Positions 41,101-51,682 are shown, numbered from the stretch's first letter. The stretch is 64,000 bases of DNA from Lytechinus pictus (GCF_037042905.1 NC_087249.1:7008001-7072000), one strand, 5' to 3'. Notes: generated from the sequence alone by a model not told the origin. Made by a program: numbers and translations.

Positions 41101-44100
41101 TTGTTTATGTTGGATTAACTACTGGCTAAATCTTATCTGAGTTATCAATTATCTTCTCACTGGCCACTGGTAGCAGTTCCCCTGGGAGGCTGATTGACAA
41201 TGTTTACTAGCCAATGGAAAGTGACTCTGAAAGAAGGAGGTGGGGCCAGATTTGGAGCGTGAGAAATGATTTTTGGAAGATTATGCAGACCCTGTATTGG
41301 AACAGCAAGTTTTGTATGTGCTAGTCTTTGCGTGGAGGCACACTTGTTGATCAAAGTTCCAATGAGGGTCTGTGCCTGCAGACTAACCCCGGACCATCCT
41401 TGCAAAATCAATTTTTACTTTTGAAGGCCCTAGACTCTGGGATACTATTAATAATAACATCAAAGAATAACCAAGCCTTAATTCTTTCAAATATAAGTTC
41501 ATCCATTGAATTTTACTCTTCATCACACAAACTCTTGTATTTTTTTTAATCAAACATGATTATCATGTCACGTACACTTTTCCATCTCTTTCGTTTTCCT
41601 GTTGATCAGCGAGGTCCGTCTGTGAGTGCTGGGGCTGGATTCTGGAGACCTTTAATCTCTCTTTTTCTTATTTCCTTTTCTATTTTAATTTCCCCTATTT
41701 CCTTTTAATTTAACTGGTTCATGCTCAAGTTGTTATTTTGATTTTTATATGCCATGCAACTACAAGAATATTTATTAGGAGGCTGCACTCTACAAGCTCC
41801 GCTTTTTAGCAGCCTCCTCCATTTCCAACCTGATATGTAATAATCTTGAATATAATTTTTGTACAGGGATATATACTTGAAATATGTTTTGTTATTTATA
41901 TGTCAAAATGTACAAAACAAACTGTAATTGTTGAAAATGGAAATAAACGAAATGAAATGAAATAATGCCTGATAAATCAGAAGTATCAAATTTAATTTTT
42001 TGACCAATGGTAATCTAATCGTAGCTTCTATATTGTATCCATCAGTTGCTCTTTTATTTTTCATCCTTTCTTTGTTGGTCTTCTTAAGCCAAGTTTGTTA
42101 TTTATTCCATATTTGTATGCCTATAATGCTTTTAATTTCTTCAATCTTTCTTCTTACTTTTTCAAAGTGGCGTAGCTAGGATTATTTTCCTAGAGGGGCA
42201 CCGTGGGGGGTCCTTGCTTTTTCAGGGGGGCACCATTTTTTCTGTGTGTATGTGTCACAAGGGTGGATACGACTTTCGCCAATAGGGGATGGGGCCCGAA
42301 ATTATGTTCACCTATATTTTCCCCTATCAATCACTTCTTAGCTTTATTCTTATAAAATAACATAAATATGAAATAATCTCATAGGCCCTATATACAAAAT
42401 GCGAGCACGAAGCGCGAGCGATTTTTTTTTCTTTTTTTGAACTTTCATATATGTATTTCTTCCTGAAATTTTAATATTCTGGGCACTGTTTGTGATCCTG
42501 AACAAGACGCGTATGTAACTAGATAATTACTGAGAATGCCAAGCACGAGCAGAATTTTTTAATAAGTGTTCTAGCATGATCGAAGAGAGACCTGTTAAGG
42601 ACTGTTTACAGTTACCCACGAAGACGGTATATTTCAATAATGGGAACGCGATGCGCGAGCTAAAAATTGTTGACATTCCGACCTAAAATGGTCATTCTAT
42701 AAGCACTTTTTGTTATAAGAAATGGGATAGGTATGTAACTAAACAATTATTGATGCGAGCGCAATGCTTTAGCTAAAGAAAATGAGATATTAGACCCCAA
42801 AGCGGGACACTCTAGTCATATTTTGTAAATTTTGAATAGGATATGGTTAATTGGGTATCATTAATAATGCGAGCGTGAAGCACGAGCAGACAATTATTGA
42901 CATTCTGATCTGAAACTGGATAATTTAGGCACATGCATTTTAAATAAAGAATATGCACGCTACCGCGCATGTTTTAGATTTAGACCTAGAATCTGTGCAT
43001 TCTGAATACATTTGTTTAATCATGAAGATCAATAATGCAAGCGCGAGCTGAAAACATTTAATATTCTGATCTGAAAAAGGTCAATTTAAACACTATTTCA
43101 AGCACTTAATGAATGATGCGAGCGCGAAGCACGAGCTGATATTAAAAAAATTATTTTAACAAACGACAGGTATATTCTAAGGACATTTTGTCATCATGAA
43201 AATGATGATTATCTTCCTATTATTCCTAAGCTTGTCGATATTCCATTCGAAAAGACCCAATTTAGATATTAGGAATTCATGAAAATGTTATTTTATCATT
43301 TTTTATTCTAATATGCATAATGACAGTGTGAAAGTTGTTGTTTTTAAGGCTTGAAAACTGGAAATTTTAAGCATTTTGTAATTATGAATACGCATTGTAA
43401 TGGTTAATTCATTTGAACAATTAATGCGAGTGCGAATCGCGAGCTGAAATTTTTTAATGAAATGTAATGAAAAGGGGAGCTTGTTGGTTATAGAATTGAT
43501 ATGTACTCACCAATCAAAATGCGAGCGCGCAGCGCTAACTTATAGGCCTATATATGCTTGACTATCACATCTGAAAATTGATATTTCGAGAACTTTATGG
43601 ATTACACGAAGACAATAGGGACTTGGCAAATCAAGTAATGCGACCACGCAACGTTGTATGAGCTTAAAATATGTAGACCATAAAACGGACATTTTATAGA
43701 GCACTTAAATTTGTAAATGAAAAAAATAAATAAAAGCTCGATGTACGAGCTGAAATATGTTTTGTATATTGACTTCAAAACAAGATATGAATATTATTTT
43801 ATTCACTCGTCTTCCTCCTCTTATTTTCCTCTTCTTTTTTCCTTCTTTTCTCCTTTCTTTTCTTTTCTTTTCTTTTCTTTTCTTTTCTTTTCTTTTCTTT
43901 TCTTTTCTTTTCTTTTCTTTTCTTTTCTTTTCTTTTCTTTTCTTTTCTTTTCTTTTCTTTTCTTTTCTTTTCTTTTCTTTTCTTTTCTTTTCTTTTCTTT
44001 TCTTTTCTTTTCTTCTTTCTCCTTTTTTTCTTCTTTTTTTATGCTCCGCCAATTTTTTCCAGGGGGGGGGGGGCACACCAAATCTCAAGGGGGCACGTGC

Positions 44101-47100
44101 CCCCCATGCCCCTCCCGTAGCTACGCCACTGCTTTTTCACTTTCAATATCAAATTATATGGGTCTACGTACGATTCAATATAACAAAATATAAAGGAGGA
44201 AAATACTTTTAGCACTGTTTTCATGAACCGTGTTATTTATAATACAACGCCACTATGACCTCGTTTCGTACTTTTCATGAAAAATTACACCCGTGTTATG
44301 GAACAAAACACGTTGCTATCCAAGTGCATTATTAATGACGGTAATTATTTTGATGATATCGACAACGCCATGGAAAAAAAGAAAATGTTTTTGTTACAAA
44401 TGAGATGCAAAAGGCTCGATGTAATCATCGAATTCGGAACTCGAAGTTTAATTTCATAGTTGTGTGGGTTTGTAATCATTCTAATTTGGCCTTCGTGAAT
44501 TTAAAATGATTTTACAGTGATGACATTAACTTCTTTTTCATCCTATCTGTTTAAAAACTCGGTGGATCCATATCACTAGATAAAAGATAAAATATATATA
44601 CAACCAAATTTCCTCTGGTGTAATTGCGACGATTTTTTTTATTGTAATTGTTTAACATTTTTAATCATCCTTACTGAAACTATACGATATCGAAAAAAAT
44701 GATCAAATATTCGTTAATGATTTTGTGATTATGTTAGTATATCACCGTAACATGATAAGACCGTTTATTTTCAAGATCAAAAACTTAATCACTATTATAT
44801 CTGACCGAAAGTGGTGATCTTTATGGCTTTTAAAGGAAACCAATTCCCAAGAAGAGAAGCAATCTTATTGGAAAGAGTAAAATGAGAGGAACAATTAAAA
44901 AAGTTTCATTAAAAAGACTTATTGTACTTTCTATGGGGATCCTCAAATTGGCAAATGTGCTTCAGAATCTAATTTTGTGGACAACTCTCCATTTGTTTCG
45001 TACACAATTTTTCAGATTTTCCCCTTTATTTTACATATTTCACATTATCTCCTCCTGACCTTGACATAATGTGGTGTGAATTATATTTTCCAATGACATA
45101 TGTTGTGTTCATTTTACTCTTTCCAATAAGACTGCTTCTCTTCTTGGGTTTTGGTTTCCTTTAACCATGCTTTAACCAACTGAGATCGCCGTAACTTTGT
45201 GTCCAAATGCCCGGTTTTCATGCAAGCACCAATGAAAGCCTCACTTTCATGAATCCCCCCATTCCCCGCTTTCACCTCACGAAATTGCAGCTCATCCTGA
45301 ACGTATAATAATTTTCAGACTCATTGATATATCGTGTTATATGCGATATATATACATTTGTAATTCGGGTTTTTTATTTTGATAATATCTTCAATTATGC
45401 TGACGATAATCGACTAACGTTGAAGTCAAAATCGACCAGCAGTTCTTCCCGCACAAAACCTCTTATTCCCCTCCTCGCCCGCCCCACAATAACCCCTTCC
45501 TTCCTTACGTAAGTATGCTGTACATTCTAAAAACGGTTTACCCAATATTGGGTAAAATGGGAACATGCATGTTGGTTGGGTAAAAAGATACCCAATATTT
45601 TGTAAATTTTACTCAATGTTGCGTTGAAATAGCCCAATATGGGGTAAAAAGATACCCAGCAAACATGCATGTTCCCTTTCTACCCAATATTGGGTAAAAT
45701 TTTACTCAGTGTTTTTAGAGTGTACATACTCCCTGCAAACATTTTTTATTGGGGTAAATATATCCACTACTATATATTTCCTAATACTATTCTTTTTATA
45801 TCTTGACTATAGGAAATATAATTTTATCTCGAATTTGGAATAAAATATACAAAATAACCTGACCATGACCATGTCGACATCAATCTAAATCTACACATAA
45901 TATATAAAACATTTTCAGTTTACTATCCAAAGCAAACAATTATTTTAACCGTTCGACTAACGGAGTGATTTTTAGTTTGCAATAATAGTTCTATGAAACG
46001 AGATTGATTATAATGGACTATTCTATTGGGAGATAATATAAATACCACTTCTTCAGTATCTAATTCCTTTCTTTTATCTATTATTTTAACATGATTAAAT
46101 GCATATTCCAACTGGGCGGAATTTTCTCAAGAATTAGTTTTATCTTCAATATATCCCATGAATTAAGACCCTTACATGTGAAATGTGCATTAAAAATAAT
46201 AATTTAGCAGCTTTATCTCGAACATAAATGAACATATATGCATGGTAGAATAGAAATTCTTTACATTTGTCGTTATATATCACTGTGATAAATATATCCT
46301 TTAGCTGTTTATAGGATATTTATTACTCATAATTCACATTCAGAATTAAATCAGTAACATTCTTCCTTGAAAAACGTAATATACTGTACATAAAAATATT
46401 ACACATTTTTTCTATCCATATTTTAATCAAATAATAATGTTTGATTAAAAGTCATTATTTATCACACTTATCAAGTTTACTGGAGATCATAATTGAGTAT
46501 ATATATGTCATATTTCTCATTAACAATATTGAATAGCATATTGTTTTATCATTTAAAAACATTGGTCAATTATTATGAAACTTACACCATTGTAGCTGTT
46601 GTTTAAAATAAACAAGAATTAAGAATACAATTAATGCAACTTGATTGCCTTCGTTATAATTTCTACAAATTTGTATAACATATTTATTGCGCTAAAAGTA
46701 TGTTTAATTGTCAAATGTATTAACAGAAGAATATTAATTCCCCTCCTATGTACAGCACTCAAAATACAATGTCATTTCATTTTTTTAAATTTCCCAATTG
46801 ATAATATCTTTTTACTCACAAATATACTTGAAGAAATCACGGGAAGTGGTTTCCCTTTGCACCTTGCACCGCCGGCCCTGTCCTGTGATATTTATTTTAC
46901 TTAGCCTTTCTGTATTATTGTTGATTGTGTTCAATTCACTTAGTTTTCAAGTGAATGAAGAAGCATTGAATACAACTTTTGCATTCAAAGAACGTTAAAA
47001 GTTTTGCACTATTTCGGTTAAACGGCTCTAGGCATGTATTCATGAATATTCAGTGAGCAAAGTGATAATGTCATACCCCATTTGTTCTTTTGTATTTTAT

Positions 47101-50100
47101 TGTGTGAAATTAGGTTTCAAATTTTCATTTTTTTCCTCCAAGAACTAATAAAAAAATGACGACTGATTTAGTGCATTAGATATTAATTGCTGCAACTTAT
47201 TTCATTATAAGGGAGACATATTATTCATAAATGTATGAAATAATGAAACAATTATGATTTTATGTAATAAAAAATATAAAAAAAGAAAGTGGGGATGTGA
47301 CATCATCATCAGCCCACCTAATGAATATTCATGACGACGTGCTTATATCTGTTTTCACCAAATACTGCTAAACTTTAAAATTCAATAAATTCGTCGTAAT
47401 CAGATTACGATGAAATTTTCGGTATTTTGCTTTGTGAATTGTACTCTATTTATTTAAATGTAAATATTTTCAGCCCGGAGCACCCCTCTACGGGGAAATG
47501 ATTTTACTGCCACCAATGCTATGTGTTTCTCAGGGAAATGTAGATTTAAAAATATGTATACAGTGCGTCCCACAAAAAAATATGTATGTGCTTCAGCCCC
47601 CCCCCCCCCCCCCCACTTTTTTCCAAAACCATGTACAAAAACGTAAAAATGACCATATGTTTGTGATTTTTTGCATGGTCAGCCCCCCCCCCCCCCCCGA
47701 CTTTGAAAACCGTTCCGCGGCCCCTTTATGTTATGGTTGTATAAAACAGAGAAGAGCAGTATAATCATCATTGACATCGATATTATTACCAGTGACAATA
47801 TTGTACTTTAATATCGGATTGATTGGTTCTCGATCTAGGCAATTGCTCCAGCCAAAACAATTGCTTTGAAATGCACTGTTCCCCAGAATAGATTCAAGAT
47901 TCAAGAAGTTTATTTCATTTCCATGACAAATATAAATCAAATACAGATACAAATCAAAGTAAAAGTACAAGATCAATTTTACCTTAGCATAATTATATAA
48001 CAAAAGCTTGTATAAAATAGTATTAAGCGTGTATGGAAATGAGGGGATCCACTAAAAGCATTGCTTGTAAAGTGTGGATCCCCTATAGCGAGTTGAAGAA
48101 ATAAATTATATTAAGCAATTGAGAAAAGGCAAAGTAATGACAGTTAACTAAATGTGGAAATTAATTCGATTGTACAAATGTGCAAATATACAATATTATA
48201 AAATGGGAAAGTAAAATGTGATAAATATAATTGGAAAAATATTTTAAAGAAAAAGAAAGAAATGATAGCAAAAAATGGAAATAAGGTGACAGAAGTACGG
48301 GACGACATGCATTATCAAAGACACACGAAAAAAAACACACAAAAAAACAGTGACATACTAGAGGATGGAGGAGAGAGTGAAGAAATAGGCTGACCGATAG
48401 AGAGAGAGAGTGCGTGTGACTGGGAGGGATCCAGACAGATAGAGATAGATGAACAGGCAGACACACATAGGGGGGAGGGAGAGGGGGGACCAGAGTGGGG
48501 AGATGGGGGACCAGAGTGGGGAGATGGAGAGAGAAAGAGAGAGAGAGAACAAAGTTCGTACTAACATGGACCAACGAGAGCGCTACATACATTGTCATGA
48601 AAGCGCCTATTTGGGATTGATACCCGGGTGATAAGGAAATTTTAGTGTGAGATACAAGATATTCAGGACCTACAAACAAATCAACTTCGTTTGTAAGATA
48701 GTAACAAAAATACTTTTAATTTTCTCTTGAAGGAGTTGATGGAGGGGGTCTGTTGAATATCTTTGTGGAGAGAGTTCCAAAATTTGGGGGCTGTAAAAAT
48801 GAAAGTACTTTGAGCAAAAATAGTTCTTAGCATTGGCAGATGAAAGTGATCGCCATGTCTTGTAGGATATGTATGATAATTATTATTTTGAAGAAACATA
48901 TCGTGGAATACGGAGGGAACCATGTCGTTTTTATAGTTGTTCATAAACTATCCTAGTTGGAATAAGTACAAGTCTTGGATTTTAAACAAATTATATTCGA
49001 GGAATAGCGGATCAGTGTGAGAACGGGGATGTGAAAATGAAATAATACGAAGGACTTTCTTTTGTAATAGTAATATTCTGTTGAGTAAATTTTGGTGTGA
49101 ATTACCCCAAACCAGGATTCCATAGTTGAGATATGGTAATATAAGAGAAGAATATAGAGTTAGTAGAGAGGTAACAGGAATAAATGTTTTTAACCTATTT
49201 ATGATGCCTATATTACGAGAGATATGGTTTTGCAAATATTATCAATGTGACATTTCCAGGAGAGTTTGTTATCTACATGGACACCCAAGAATTTGATCGA
49301 CGAGACACTTTCCAGCTGAATATCTTCAATACAAATATCAAGAGGCAACGAATCTATAGTATCACTGAATAACATGTATTTGGTTTTTTGAAGATTGACT
49401 GATATTTTGTTTGCTCTAATATAGACGTATGAAGTCATGTATGATAAATTATGACGCTGACAGAGGTTAGATTTTGGCAATTATCTTTGCATGCTTTTTT
49501 TTTATTTTAGTCATTAAAAGATCTCAGGGGATAGCTTTAGCTTGCCCATACACATGCATAGAACATATCAACCTGATCTCAATTAGTGAAATTACTGCAA
49601 TTATAGGATGGAATAGGATTATCGAATATTATGATGTTTGATAATATGGTAATGATTATGAGGAGGATGGCGTTGATGGTACTGTTGATCATGAATGGTA
49701 ATGATGAGGAAGAGGAGAAGGATGATGATGATGATGATGTGTTGATGATGATGATGATGGGGATGATGATGATGATGTGTTGATGATGATGATAGTGATG
49801 ATGATGATGACGATGATGGTGATGATGATGATGATGATGATGATGAGATGGTGATGATGATGATGTTGATGATGTTGATGATGATGATGATGTTGTTTAT
49901 GATGACGATGCTGATAAAAATGATAATGTTGATGGCGAAGACAGTTATGGTGATAATAATAATAAAGTTGTTGGAGGTGATTTAATAACCTTTAACATAC
50001 AGGTATACTCACCGTTTGACCAGCAGATAAGAAGGCTTGATAGGAAACTCATCATTAGTTTGAAATCCTGTGTAAAAACGAGAAATGGTTTATCATGTTT

Positions 50101-51682
50101 ATTCTCTTATTTGCATTTTCTATCAGGCAACTAAAAATACTGAAATAATATGTTGGCATAATCTTGGAATGATCATAATATTTCATATCATATATATACA
50201 GTGCGTATAAAAAAAACGGGACAGATTTGAAAAGTCTATAAAATTTTTGTTTCAAATAATGATCTCTATATTGTGGTGTTAATAAGTGCTCTGAAGTCTT
50301 ATCCTTCAAATGACATGAAAAAAATAAGTTTCGTTTATGCTTGAGCGAACACGGAATGTTTTTGTCTGGGGTTAAAAAGAAGTCTTTCGCCAAAATGGCA
50401 TGAAATTATAAATACGATGGTCGCACTTCTTGCTAATCAGCAGACTTCCTCTTAACCTTTTTATTACTTTTGTCATAATTTTCGAATTATGCGGTCAAAA
50501 TTCATTTCCAAATCTACTTATTTGCTTGAATTGTTCTGGTGTTGTTACTTTTTAATATGTTCTCTTTTAGCTTTGAATATTCCTTCTTTGGGCAAGATTT
50601 TTTTTTTCAACCGAAGTATGGGAGAGCGTGTGTGTTATGTTTTCAAATTCTTCCATTGTGTGCTACAATGGTTATGGTGCCTTTGAACAGTGGTATACTG
50701 GTGGGCGGGGGCTCGGGGTGCTCCCCCCCCCCATCAAAAAAAAATAATGACCACGAAAAAAAGTGGAAATGAATTAACAGGAAACATAGAAATTGAAATA
50801 TGATATCATTTTCTGATAATTATGTCAAAATCACAAATTGGACATTTTAATAAAAAAGTAGAAATTGTTGCTTGCTCGCTTCACAACTTTTTAATACATT
50901 TTCCCCGATCTGCCATATCTTGCTCCTTCAAAATTGACTCAATACACCATTGTCATTGAAAGACATGAATCCTTTCCTGCTTGTCCTGTCAAGCACATAA
51001 TTAAACTTTGTGAAGGATTCAATATCCCCTTGAAAATAGGATTCGTGTCTTTAATAGGTACCATAACGTTATTTGTTTCACATTATAAAAAAATCTGAAT
51101 ACTACAAATTCTCCCAATTAATAATGCAAATCTTCTTGTTTGGGTTGACAAAAAGTCTTCTTTTCAATACTCATGAAGGAAAATCCAAGGTAAAAGAAGT
51201 TTAAATGACAAACAAAATAATTCAGGTAAATAAATAAATTTGTAAATGAAATTTGACAACATGATTTGAAAATTATGGCAAAGATAATGAAAAGATTAGG
51301 AGGAAGTCTGCTGATTAGCCAAAAGTATAATCATCAAATTTCTCATTTCTGCCATTTTGGCGAAAGCCTCTTTTTGAATCCCCGACAAAGACGTCATGTG
51401 TTCGCTCAAGCATGAAGAAAATATATTTTTTAAATGGCATTTCAAAGATAATATTTCAGAGCATCTATTAAAATAAATCTATCAAAACATAGATATAATG
51501 ATTTGAAACAAATTTTTTATAGACTTTTCAAAACTGTCCCGTTTTTTTTATACGCACTGTATATGTCTTCTTAGTATTCCGTTTAAAATATATTTTCAAA
51601 TACGACCTTGAATCATGATGAATAATGACTGTGTTAATATTTTGGTATAAAACATATGCAGTTAGAAACTCACCATTTTCAT
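3185..51682 (-). CDS. Multi-exon gene for a secreted mosaic protein: signal peptide-EGF-Thr/Pro linker-5xHYR-F5/8 type C-C-type lectin (hyalin/echinonectin-like extracellular protein, ~795 aa)
   Basis: 14 exons with GT-AG boundaries and compatible phases sum to 2388 nt and splice into one open frame ending in TAA at 3185-3187. Linking the two 5' exons across the 21-kb intron is inferred, and further exons cannot be excluded. Confidence 0.8.
3361..3629 (-). mobile_element. tRNA-derived SINE
   Basis: A box TGGCTCATCGG, B box GGTTCGATCCC, non-tRNA body, (TTA)-like tail. Confidence 0.85.
3925..4487. mobile_element. TTAA-flanked non-autonomous DNA transposon (Kolobok-like)
   Basis: TTAA+AGGGATGCTCCGGGCTGAAAATAT start with a partial matching right end; related copies at 60689-61286 and about 47000-47488. 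Confidence 0.6.
4705..4900. repeat. (TTCC)n/(TTTC)n microsatellite
   Basis: Direct inspection. Confidence 0.9.
5003..5290 (-). CDS. C-type lectin domain exon a
   Basis: WQCISLKCYHFAGPHTWDKAKEFC...PSLLDVETDDE...VWINC; GTATGT donor, phase 1-1. Confidence 0.88.
6395..6542 (-). CDS. F5/8 type C domain exon c
   Basis: VFQGNSDRNTVVKNAFPEATVCRFIRLLPISWNDRIALRMELYG; GTGAGA donor; phase 0-1. Confidence 0.92.
7105..7341. mobile_element. Tc1/mariner-like MITE
   Basis: Inverted ends GCTCAAAAGTTA(A/G)TGAACCC. Confidence 0.55.
7377..7526 (-). CDS. F5/8 type C domain exon b
   Basis: VDLSTLFRVRGVATQ...QWVTSYKIKCSRDG; phase 0-0; the donor GTCTTT is weak. Confidence 0.88.
9664..10247. mobile_element. TTAA-flanked MITE with long internal inverted repeats (Kolobok-like)
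   Basis: TTAA|AGGAGAA...TTCTCCT|TTAA; 9765-9848 is inverted at 10065-10150. Confidence 0.75.
11079..11302 (-). CDS. F5/8 type C (discoidin) domain exon a
   Basis: YPLGLENGFIPDSSLKASS...GAWKPANHNKNQWIQ; ccag acceptor, GTGAGC donor; phase 1-0. Confidence 0.92.
11357..11737 (-). mobile_element. tRNA-derived SINE with poly(A) tail
   Basis: TGGCTCAGTCGG A box, GGTTCGAGTCC B box, A-tail at 11357-11369. Confidence 0.85.
11780..12014 (-). mobile_element. tRNA(Val)-like SINE
   Basis: TGGCTCAGTTGG, CAC anticodon-like loop, GGTTCAAACCC; body related to the 3361 SINE. Confidence 0.85.
13111..15878. mobile_element. Foldback-like element whose TIRs are built of tandem repeats, with a 9-bp TSD
   Basis: Arrays of the ~16-bp unit TTCGTTATTCCGAAGG are inverted at the two ends; TGTTTCATT at 13102-13110 and 15879-15887. 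Confidence 0.8.
13796..14115 (+). mobile_element. tRNA-derived SINE with (TTA)n tail
   Basis: TGGCCCAGTGG A box, GTTCGAATCC B box, AATGGGTACC central motif, (TTA)n. Confidence 0.85.
16361..18273. mobile_element. Foldback-like element with ~15-bp GGACAATTACCCCC arrays in inverted orientation
   Basis: Array 16368-16620 with its reverse complement at 18097-18267; TSD is degenerate (6 of 9 match). Confidence 0.75.
19475..19723 (-). CDS. HYR domain exon 5
   Basis: HYR consensus, 249 nt, AG/GTAAG. Confidence 0.93.
20148..20375 (-). CDS. HYR domain exon 4 (short; lacks DTTPP)
   Basis: VRCPGDINITTELG...FPVGSTFVEYVFSDGSGNQASCNFSVVV; 228 nt, phase 1-1. Confidence 0.9.
21197..21445 (-). CDS. HYR domain exon 3
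   Basis: HYR consensus, 249 nt, near-identical to HYR exon 2. Confidence 0.92.
21518..22499. mobile_element. Non-autonomous Tc1/mariner-type element
   Basis: TA TSD, TIR CAGTGCGTATCAAAAAAAAGTTTACACT; the empty site is visible in the paralogous intron near 22940. Confidence 0.9.
22622..22870 (-). CDS. HYR domain exon 2
   Basis: HYR consensus, 249 nt, AG/GTAAG. Confidence 0.93.
23063..23311 (-). CDS. HYR domain exon 1
   Basis: DTTPPNVTCPDD...FPIGSTLVEYVFSDGSGNQASCNFTVVV fits the HYR consensus; 249 nt, phase 1-1, AG/GTAAG. Confidence 0.93.
24646..24687 (-). CDS. Short Ser/Thr/Pro linker exon (RSQVSTTTPPTSKK)
   Basis: Good acceptor tcttttcccgatacag, weaker donor GTATTC; 42 nt, phase 1-1. Confidence 0.5.
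24800..24993 (-). mobile_element. tRNA-derived SINE (same head and core as the 13796 copy)
   Basis: Aligns by eye with 13796-13945. Confidence 0.8.
25299..25791. repeat. 244-bp tandem duplication
   Basis: Two copies starting at 25299 and 25543; 2 mismatches seen; ACAGA at all junctions. Confidence 0.95.
26780..28470. repeat. Satellite array of ~152-163-bp units, probably inside an interspersed element
   Basis: The CCATCAT unit start recurs at 26951, 27114, 27266, 27428, 27580, 27742, 27894, 28057 and 28210. Confidence 0.95.
28699..28800 (-). CDS. EGF-like domain exon (DCGSNPCQNGWCEETMEGYECHCPDEFQGKHCDE)
   Basis: Six-Cys EGF spacing; ccatag acceptor, GTAAGA donor; 102 nt, phase 1-1. Confidence 0.92.
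29188..30486. mobile_element. Non-autonomous hAT-like element
   Basis: TIR CAGTGGCGTAGCTA, 8-bp TSD GTCTGGAG, internal CGCGCTTCGCGCTCG motifs. Confidence 0.88.
33510..34207 (+). mobile_element. CR1-like LINE, 5' part (RT C-terminal region)
   Basis: ADDSN...WIRANKLSINVQKTK...FLGLIIDNKLSWK...LILPYLNYG...FHLPLPRT. Confidence 0.9.
35393..35991. mobile_element. TTAA-flanked MITE (Kolobok-like)
   Basis: TTAA|AGGTCAAGTCCACCCC...GGGGTAGACTTGTCCT|TTAA; further copies near 37499 and at 38782-40750. Confidence 0.8.
35996..36310 (-). mobile_element. CR1-like LINE fragment
   Basis: HAPFLAHTEP-like segment, MAIFMY and FYQGPAIWNSIPTEIR resemble the other CR1 ORF2 C-termini in the window. Confidence 0.65.
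39246..40690 (+). mobile_element. tRNA(Thr)-like SINE split by the Transib insertion
   Basis: TAGCTCAGTCGG A box, GGTTCGATTCCC B box; the body resumes at 40617 and ends in (CAC)n. Confidence 0.8.
39384..40611. mobile_element. Non-autonomous Transib-superfamily element with RSS-like ends
   Basis: TIRs begin CACAGTGGGCC; perfect 5-bp GC-rich TSD CGTCG (39379-39383 and 40612-40616); no transposase ORF inside. Confidence 0.9.
41395..41962 (+). mobile_element. CR1-like LINE, 3' part (end of ORF2, 3' UTR hairpin, (GAAAT)n tail)
   Basis: ILAKSIFTFEGPRLWDTI...SLNSFK continues the frame broken at 34207; GGAGGCTGC...GCAGCCTCC hairpin; AATAAA followed by GAAAT repeats. Confidence 0.85.
42165..44131. 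mobile_element. Non-autonomous hAT-like element (same family as 29188-30486, opposite orientation)
   Basis: TIR AGTGGCGTAGCTA, 8-bp TSD CTTTTTCA. Confidence 0.88.
43857..44013. repeat. (TTTTC)n microsatellite
   Basis: About 30 perfect units. Confidence 0.97.
44834..45160. mobile_element. TTAA-flanked MITE
   Basis: TTAA|AGGAAACCAA..CCCAAGAAGAGAAGCA and its inverse ending TTTCCT|TTAA. Confidence 0.8.
45521..45724. mobile_element. Palindromic MITE
   Basis: TACA(T/C)TCTAAAAAC ends and internal ACCCAATATTGGGT palindromes. Confidence 0.7.
47890..49420 (-). mobile_element. 5'-truncated CR1-like LINE
   Basis: IRANKISVNLQKTK, FLGVHVDNKLSWK, LILPYLNYG, FTAPKFWNSL; GGGGATCCAC hairpin; (TTGAATC)n tail. 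Confidence 0.9.
49700..49935. repeat. (GAT)n degenerate microsatellite
   Basis: Direct inspection. Confidence 0.95.
50013..50067 (-). CDS. Mosaic gene exon 2, signal peptide (DFKLMMSFLSSLLICWSN)
   Basis: Acceptor ttttacacag, donor GTGAGT, hydrophobic core; ends in phase 1, compatible with the EGF exon. Confidence 0.65.
50199..51559. mobile_element. Non-autonomous Tc1/mariner-type element with long imperfect TIRs (~280 bp)
   Basis: TA|CAGTGCGTATAAAAAAAACGGGACAG ... CTGTCCCGTTTTTTTTATACGCACTG|TA. Confidence 0.88.
51674..51682 (-). CDS. Mosaic gene coding exon 1 (MKM)
   Basis: ATGAAAATG followed by a consensus GTGAGT donor; phase 0 matches the next exon. Confidence 0.6.

Larger units (their letters stand above)
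34208..41385. mobile_element. TIR element with TAGTCTGC termini and a 9-bp TSD, expanded by nested insertions
   Basis: ACCCCGGAC at 34199-34207 and 41386-41394; TAGTCTGC...GCAGACTA ends; splits the CR1 ORF. Confidence 0.85.

Noticed and set aside
43705..44212. Lys/Arg-rich and Phe/Ser-rich ORFs
   Set aside because: They are translations of the (TTTTC)n microsatellite
49700..49935. Poly-Asp or poly-His coding exon
   Set aside because: It is a simple (GAT)n repeat in an intron without convincing splice sites
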